Source: an uncultured Porphyromonadaceae bacterium
Lineage (GTDB): Bacteria; Bacteroidota; Bacteroidia; Bacteroidales; Barnesiellaceae_A
Length of the DNA: 64,000 bases
NCBI GenBank assembly: GCA_937891845.1
Contig: CALATP010000064.1
Span: forward strand, 14,567 to 78,566
Direction: 5' to 3'
In this document: positions 27,801 through 36,800 of the stretch, piece by piece
Layout of the letters: the number at the start of each line of letters is the position of its first letter
How positions within the stretch are numbered: the first letter of the stretch is position 1
Notes under the pieces: generated by a model
What the model was told of the DNA's origin: nothing
Seen by the model: the letters and a program-made list of their open reading frames with translations, nothing else
The model's database searches: none
Position numbers and translations under genes: made by a program

Positions 27801-30800
27801 ATGACACATATACACTTCACGACTTAACTATCACAATTACACCCAAAGAAGAACATCTTGTAGATGATGGTAAGGCTTATTTTGTAAGCCCGGGTGCATT
27901 GTTTGATGTAGAAATCAAGAACAACACAAATAGGGTGCAGAATACTGTGTTGGCTATATCATATCTATTTGACGAAACAGGAGCTTATTATCAGGGAGAC
28001 CTCACCAATCGCAATGATATACCACTCTCAATTGGTGCAAACGATACAAAGAAACTGACAGCCAAGGAACTCAACGATATGTGTGGTAATATGACGAAGG
28101 TGTATCGTTTTAATCCTACTACCGATGGTTTTGACAGACAAGAAATTACTTTTGATGAAATAAAAGTTAATGTTACGTCATATAACCGCGTCGAAATAAA
28201 TGCTTATAACACTGATTCGCTCAAAACTTCTACAAAAGAAGACCCTTATCGCTTGCAAAAAGCATATTTGGGTGGAGATAAAAGCGACTTTAATGCTCGC
28301 AGTGGTGTCAGCGATATCGGTCTGAAAGTGATAATAGAGCCCAAATCGGGTGCCACTTTCAAAAGCGATGCGGAGCCTTATTATGCAACACCCGCCGATC
28401 TTTTCGATGTTACACTTATCAACGAGAATGCTGTTGATGCACAAGTAAAACTACGTATCACTTACAACAAGCGTTTCTATGGTGATGATCGTGATAGTGT
28501 TATTACTATTAAGTCCAATACCACAATGAAACTCGATGGTACTCGTCTCAACAATATATGTGGTGGATACGACTTATATTCCGATAAGATACACGAACTC
28601 AATGAGAAAGGTGAGTATGTTGGTACCAAGTCGGGCAAAGAAGTTGTGATGAAAGAGGGTGTCAATATTGTTACTGCTCTTTTGTGGAGAAAAGAGGAGA
28701 AAGACCATAAATTTGTTGTTGATACAATATGCACGCACGACTCTATCTTTGTAACATCTTTCTCGCAAATAAAGATTGGTGAGTATGATCTTACAATCGA
28801 GGATATTGAAAAGGTAACAGGTGGTAATAAAGAGCAAGAGAAACTCAAGAACGATTGTTATAAAGGTAAGGGATATGTTACAGCACCCATTATGGGTGTC
28901 AAGGTTGATATAAACGTCGAGTGGGATTCGATATATATCAACTGGAAGGAGAAGAAAGTTACCTTGGGTACTGTAAAATCGCGTCAGCCCGAGAATCAAT
29001 TCTTCCCTGCCGAGCTATTTAGCGACGATACCAAAGAGCTGTTAAAAACTGTCTCCGACTCGGTTTTTGTCGAGAAAGTAGATTCAATTTTCGATGCTCG
29101 CAACATCAACGAGTACTATCGTTGGGTGCAAAAAGATATTCAGTATGTACAAAACTTGACCGGAGGAGGTCGTGTCACACTGCCTATAGGTATATCTTTC
29201 CCAATGAAGTCGGGAGGGCAATGTCCTGCCGACATACAATTGGCACAAATGACATTCTCCGAGAAAGAAGCCAAGATGGATATTATAGGTGAGTTTGTAT
29301 TGCCCGAGACCGACTATCTGGGTAATGTTACCTATGATAATGGAGTAAGCAAATACTCGGGTGACATTCTTGTATTTGCCGCTCAAGACCTTGTTACTAC
29401 TCCCGGCAAGTTCCTTCCCGAATCGGGCACTTTGGGACTGCTTACCGATATCACGGTTAAGGATCCCGGAACAGGCTTTGATTTTACTTTTGTTGCTCCT
29501 CTGACACGATTTAGCGAAGCCACATCAGGCTGTTTCATCCGTTGGGAAAATGGCAATTTCGGTGCGTTATCGGCATCTATTAAGGTTAATGTTCCGGGTG
29601 GCGAAGTTGTAAAAGTTGTTGATGGCGTTGTTGATGAAACCGGTGCGCCCCCTTCTATTCAGATTGATGCACTTATCAACGATGGTAGCGATTGGTTTGG
29701 TAACGTATCAATGGACAGTTTTGAGATTGTCGATTTGCCCGATTTTACATTTACTGTTGCAGGTACAAAAGCCGGTGATACAGGTATCTATTATGACCAC
29801 TCGCGTAAGACTACTCGAGGATCGGAGTCTGAGGCAGGCGGATTGGGACGCGTCGAGTTCCACCCCGACTACTATGACAAGACATTGGGCGGATCGGGTA
29901 AACCGGCATCTGATAAGACTGCCTATAACGCTTGGCAAGGTTTTTACTTCAAGGAGCTAGGAGTTGAATTGCCACACTACGATTTTCTCAACAACACTAC
30001 CGAAGAACGTCCCAAGATTACAGTAAACAACTTGATGTACGATGAGACAGGTTTCTCGATGAGTGCCGAGGTGAAAAATGTTATAGATTATAGTACCGAG
30101 AAGGCCGGTGGTTGGCGATTCTCAATCGATAGTATTGCATTGAGTGTGCTTCAAGGTAACTTCCGCGATACCGGTTTCAAGGGTAAGATAGGAATACCAT
30201 TGCTCTCCGATAAGAGTGCAAGTAATGACACGGTAACAGTCCCTGCTGCTATATTATATAAGGCAAAGGTTATTGCTTTCGATAAGAAGTCAAATGCCAA
30301 GAAGGGTACAAGTACGACATTTGAACTCGACCAAGAGATGGACTCTATGGCTATCAACTGCTTCCTTGCCGAAGTATATCTTGAGAATAGTAAAACTTGG
30401 TTCTGGATCAATCACAATACAACTCGTCCCGAAGATAGGCAAACACTGTTTGACTTCAGTTTGGGTGGCTCGATAAAGATTAATTGTGGTGACTTCAGTC
30501 TGCCCGAAATACCATTTAGTGGTATGGGTTACTCTAACTGTACTGCTGCCGAGAAGGAGAGCGCCGAAGAACAGTTTAAGACGTCACAACAATCTACAAC
30601 ACCATCAAAACCCGATAATCCGAAGAGTCAGATTAAGTCGCCCGATGGTTCCAAAACCTTTTCTCTTGGTGATTGGGATTTCAATAAAAATGATGCCTCG
30701 AGCGAAGAATCATATTTCCAGGGATTCCCTGTATATATCAAGGATCTCAGTTTAGATATTCAAGGTACTGATAAGGTAGGTATTAAGTTCAATTGCGGAC

Positions 30801-33800
30801 TATCGGTAATGGGTAGTAAGAAGGCGGGTGTTTCCGCCGATGTGGGTCTTGGTATTTATGCTAAGATTAACTGGGATGATTTCTCTCTCGCATACGATAC
30901 AACCGAGGTTTCCGACCTGCAACTTCAAGGTCACTTTGGTGGAGTTGTAACTATAAGTGGAGGACTCGAGTTCTGTAAGACCGAGGAGAAAGAGGGTTTC
31001 GCTACCAAGGCCGGAGCACCGTTGGAACTCGGTATAAAAGGTCTCTTTAACTTGCAAATTGCCGGAGGCTATTACAAGGTGAAGAAGACCGAAGAAGACT
31101 ATGCCCTCGACACCTTCGATGAGAAGAAAGACGCTTACTTCCACGCAGGATATTTCTTGGGTAAAGCAAGTAAAATGAATGTTCCTATGGGACCTGTCGC
31201 TCTAACTTCGGTGATGGGAGGATTGTTTATCAACTATGGAACGACAGCCGGTGGTGTGAGTGGAACCGACAAGGCATTCTATGAGGCTATTCAAGAAAAC
31301 GCTAAGATAAAATATAAAACTTATGGTGGCGCATTCGGTATAGGTTTGTCAAGCGTGGGTTCTGAAGCTTTGCTCAAAGGCGACCTCAACTTTATGCTGT
31401 TGATTGATATCAATGGCTCGAAGGTGCGTGTACCCGAATTCCATATGCAAGGTAACGTTCACGCTATATGTGCCAACCCCGATTCGGAAGAAGGCCTTAT
31501 CAACTCGAGTGTTGACCTTATATTCCAAGACAATACCGACGAAAACGATCCCCAGCCCGACCAATGCAAGCGTTTCAATCTCAATATGACTACAACGGCG
31601 GGTGCTACTATCGATCAACTATACGAACAATTTACGGGCGAAAAACTTGAAGTGCCCGAAGCTGTTGGAGACTTCCTCAGCGATTTGGATGCTAAGAACG
31701 CCAGTGACGAGAACAAAGGCGAGGGTGGCAATACTGCCGATACATCATCAAAGACCGAGTCGAAAGGTTTCCTCAAAGCTGGTTGCAGTGCCGAGATTAA
31801 GTTGGAACTAGAGATACGCAACTATCCCTATGCTACCGATGGTAAAAAGACATTTTGGCATATATATGTAGGTAAGCCTACCCCCGACAATGAGCGTTGT
31901 CGCATCACGTTTATCGACTTTGAGATAGGTAAAGACAAGCCCGTAGGATTGTGGGCTAAGGTATATGCCAATGCTTATCTGTGCTTGGGTAATGAATTGC
32001 CCGATAATGGTGCGTTACCTCCTATACCCGACAAGGTGCTTGAGGCGTTGGGAATGAAGGGTGCCGATGGCAAAGCGCACCCTGAGAATATGTCCAAACT
32101 TGAGGCCGAACGTGAGGATCAAATGTCGGGCTTCAAGAATAGAGGTATTAATGGTGGTATTATGGTGGGTGCTGCTCTGGGTGCCGAGATAGGCTGTAAT
32201 GCCGTGTTCTGCTATGCAAGCGTAGAAGGTATGCTTGGTTTTGATATGGTATTGAAGAAATTCAGCCCGGGAGAGCGATGTGGCGATGGCACACTGATGG
32301 GAGGTACTAATGGTTACTACGCAACCGGTCAGCTTTATGCTATGCTTAAGGGTGAGCTTGGCCTGATGCTCGACTTGTGGATTTACAAGGGCAAGATACC
32401 ATTGGTCGATATGACTCTTGGTGCATTGCTTCAAGGTGGTTTCCCCAATCCCACTTGGGTATATGGTCGCCTGCGTGCAAGCGGTTCGGTGCTTGGTGGA
32501 TTGATTAAGTTCAATTCAACCATAGAGATGAAAGCCGGTAGGGTATGTGTGCCGGCATTTGGCAATCCGCTTGATGATGTGAAGATATTTGGAGACTTTA
32601 ATCCCGGTGATGAAGACCTTGAAAATGGTTGGGCTGCTGAAAATGCCGTATCACCATACAGCACGGTAAGTTTTACAACCAATATGAAGATGGGTAAATA
32701 TCTACCTCTGGTTGACCAAACTCGTACAGCCAACAATATAGGTATGGATATTCCCGAAGAAGGTGAAAAAGCTGAAGACAAGACTGTGTTGCGTACCTAT
32801 GTGTTCTATCTTGGTCGTGTCGATGATGAAGGAGAGCCTATTTCTTCGGTTCCTACATTTGAGATTACTCAATATAATGATAATAGTACGAGCGACAGTC
32901 GACCAGAAACCGATGCTCGCTATATCGAGTGTACCAACCCATCGGGCGACAAAGAAAACTTTACACTTATCACCGGTTCTCTAAAAGAAAATAAGTGCTA
33001 CCGAGTTGTACTTTCGGGATATTGTAAGGAGGTGGTTAATGGCAAAGAAATCAACCCTATATTCAACGATTCTACAACCAACTATCAAGATAAAGAAGAA
33101 GTGTGGGATCAATTGCAAACAGTTTACTTCCGCACAGGTGAGTTTAGCAAAAACATCGTTGATGATGTGGCGGGTTTCACTCCTATGGCAGTAGATGATA
33201 AGTACAATTATTATACAGCTACTCTTGAAGATGTAACCAACCCCACTGTGATGATGAGAAATGATCGTGAATCCTATTGGAATAATCCTGATTATGAGTT
33301 CTCGGCATCTCTCACCGAATATGTTGAACGCGAAAATGAAGATGGCGTTACAGTAGGCGAATGGGTATATCCCGATGCAAAAGATGGTTTATATCGAGGT
33401 CAGAAATCGGCATATCAAGACTTGGAGATAAAATTAGTCACCGAAAAAGGTGTCGATGAATATGGCGATGAATACTTCTATCAAACAGTGAAATTAGCTC
33501 AACCACTTCCTAAAGAAGCGTTTAAGAAAGGTGGTAGATATAAGTTTGAAATCACTCGTTTCAATCGCAAACTGATGACCGATCAGCTCAATCTTATTGA
33601 GGAACGATATGAAGATATGATGAATGTTATACAATCGGACAAGGAAACCTTTGAGAAAGAACTCGACAAGATGAACGATGACGAAAAGGCTGTAGCTAAG
33701 CAATTGTATGACTACTATCAATCGATGGAAGAAGAGTATGGCGAAAATACAGCCGAACAACGTAAAGTAGAATTTATGGAACAGGCAAAACAAAACTCCG

Positions 33801-36800
33801 ATATGTTTGTCGAGGTGGTGTGGAGCCACGAATACACATATAATGGTATTGCTACATTCCAAGATTATGTAAGAACTAAATTCGACGAAGGTTTTGATGC
33901 TTACAGAAACAGTTCGATAAGAATAGGAACAAGCTATAAATATTTCTCACTTCCATTACAATATATGTATAATGGTCGCTTATTTAGAGACTATTCATTT
34001 ACTCGCGATAATAACCCTTATTATGCAATGAACTATTGGCATTCAAAGGCATTTGTGTGGTATGGCGGTGATAGTGGCGACAAAGATGGTAAACTTGATA
34101 AATTCAAATATTGCGATGAGAAAATCCTTGCCAATGTGGGTATTTCTTATGACACATATACTCCCGAAGCATCTAACTTGAAGTTTGAGCAGCCTACTTT
34201 AAAGGTCTCGTATCCTCCTTATTGGGAGTACCGTATTATAAGCCTTGGTATAAAGGGTTATAACTGGGGTAGCAAGCGCAGTGATTATGCAGTGCAATAT
34301 ATGCTCGACCCTATCTATGGTAAAGAAGAACGAGCTACTCGTTGGCATAATGTGCCACCGAATGTGTATTATTTAGGTCAAACAATGACATCTGATATCC
34401 AGCAAATATATGATATTGACTGTGATGCAGTTATTAATTTTGAAAGCAGGTTGCATCTCCTTTGGTCTAACAGCACCAAGTATGCTCATACTTATAATCT
34501 CTCGGGTAAAAATTTAGAACATTTTAAAACTTTCAATACTAACAAAGCCAAGCTTGACTCATATAGTTATGGTATTGCGACTACAAAGCAAGGTGGTCTC
34601 ATTACCTTCCCTGAATGGCAAATGGGCTTGATGCTTGGTGCCGACAATGGCCATATAAAAGAGGTTAAGGGTACACGTGCACAATCGGTAGCTTCTTATA
34701 GGTATCTTATGGGTTCATATGACGGAACAATATATCAATTTGACAAATCTTTATTCTTAAAGAATTTCAAGCAATTGCAATTTAGAGTGAGATATCCCGA
34801 TGGATATAACCAAGTTTCATCGACCTACGGTGTGCGTCCTGAACATCAAAACATTCGCGATATTAATGTATTATGCAACTTAACCGAAAAAGGATTAGAA
34901 GGAGGTGACTTCTATCGTGCTAATTATATAACATATGCAGTAGAAGATAAGATACATTTCTCAGATCCCGAATTCCGTCGTTATCTAACAAATAATTTTG
35001 ATACTGATAAAGACGGAAGTCTCTCATCTGCCGAGCTTAATGCTATTACTCAAATTGATGTGTCATATCCTGCATATAAGGTAGAATCGTTTGATGGATT
35101 GTCTTTTCTACCTAACTTGAAAATTGTGGGATTGTATAACTTTAATTATGCGCAAAATGGAGTTAAGGCAATGAAAGTATATTTTGACTTCAATGAGTTG
35201 CCTCAATTGGAAAAATTGACACTGGTTAATACCAATTGCGATAATATCACACTGGATTTAGGTAAAGCGAAGAACCTAAAGACATTCTGTGTTGAAAACA
35301 GTGATTTGCGAAGAGTTCGTTTCAATGAAAACAGCAATTTGACTAAATTGGAAGTTCGCGATTGTTATGATTACTTCTTTGATGTTGATGTGGTGTGCAA
35401 CTACCGAAATCTCACGTATCTGGATATTAGTGGTTCGGGTCTCAATAACGATACCGTTTCAATCGTGGGACTCACCAAACTGACTCATATCAATGTTAAA
35501 CCACATAGCCAAAAAGGTAATCAACGTGTAACACGCAAGTTGCTTGCCGAACCTTTTTCACAATATACTGAATATTTGAGCGGTAATACATTCAAGACTC
35601 TTAATTCGCACACCGGTAAGGCTGCTGGTTGCAAAGTAGATGTCGTTTGGTATAGTATAGACGAATCTCTGCTTGATGAGAACTTGTGTGCTGCTCTTAA
35701 AGATATTTTGAAAGTCTCCACCCTGTCAGGTCAAGCGACGAAAGATGTTACATCGCTTAATTTGAAGGGACGCAAAATCAAGTCATTGAAATATCTTGAA
35801 TACTTCTGTCCCAAACTTGAAGAACTCAATGTTGAAGATAACCAGTTAAAAGAACTTGATTTAAGCGGATACAACTTCCTCATTTGGATATATGCGGGTA
35901 ACAACAATATTTCATATTTTGATATTGCCAATGAAAACAATATCACTACGATTGATGTTTCAAATAATCAAATTTCGGCATTACCTGCACATAAAATGGG
36001 TAAAGTGACAACACTTGATTGTTCAGAGAACTTGATTGAAGAGTTGTATGTCAATAGTTTGAAGTCACTTTCGATATTTGATTGTTCAAGCAACTTGTTG
36101 ACCGAAATGATTATGGATCAAGTGACAGGATTGACCGACGTAAACATTAGCAACAATAATTTCTCAACCATCAAGATGCCAACATCTACCTCTTATTTAA
36201 AGAAATTTGTGGCTAATAACTGTTTGGTTGATGGTTTGAATCTTAAATTGGATTTAAGCAGTTGTTCTAAATTGTCGGAAGTTGAATTGTCGGATAATCC
36301 GGGATTGACTTATGTGTGGTATCCTTTGAAAAATATTGAGTCGATTATTGCCAAGAACTGTAATTTAACCGGAACATTTAATTTCTATCCCGGTATAGCT
36401 TATGATGACAATTTTGGAGTGTTGGAGCATATAGATATGTCTAATAATCCCAATTTGACGGTTAATATATATTCTGACAACTTTGGCGCCAACTACGTTA
36501 AATATGTAAACTTTACCGGTTGTGAAGTAGGTGTAGTTGATATTGGAGGTATACCATATTATGCTCAGGGATTGCAAGTGAGAGTGGGTGTCCCACAACG
36601 CACGAGCGGCGTAAAGGTGTCAATTACATTCAGTGATGTAAACTGGTTTGAACGTTGGGAAGAATGGATGAAATATCCCGAAAACCGTTACACTGTTATC
36701 GCATTTGCAAAAGTAGGCGATACATATGAAGCCTATGATGATAATCAAAATGCAATTCTTGAAGAAATAACCGATGAAGACCAACAAATGCGTGAGGACT

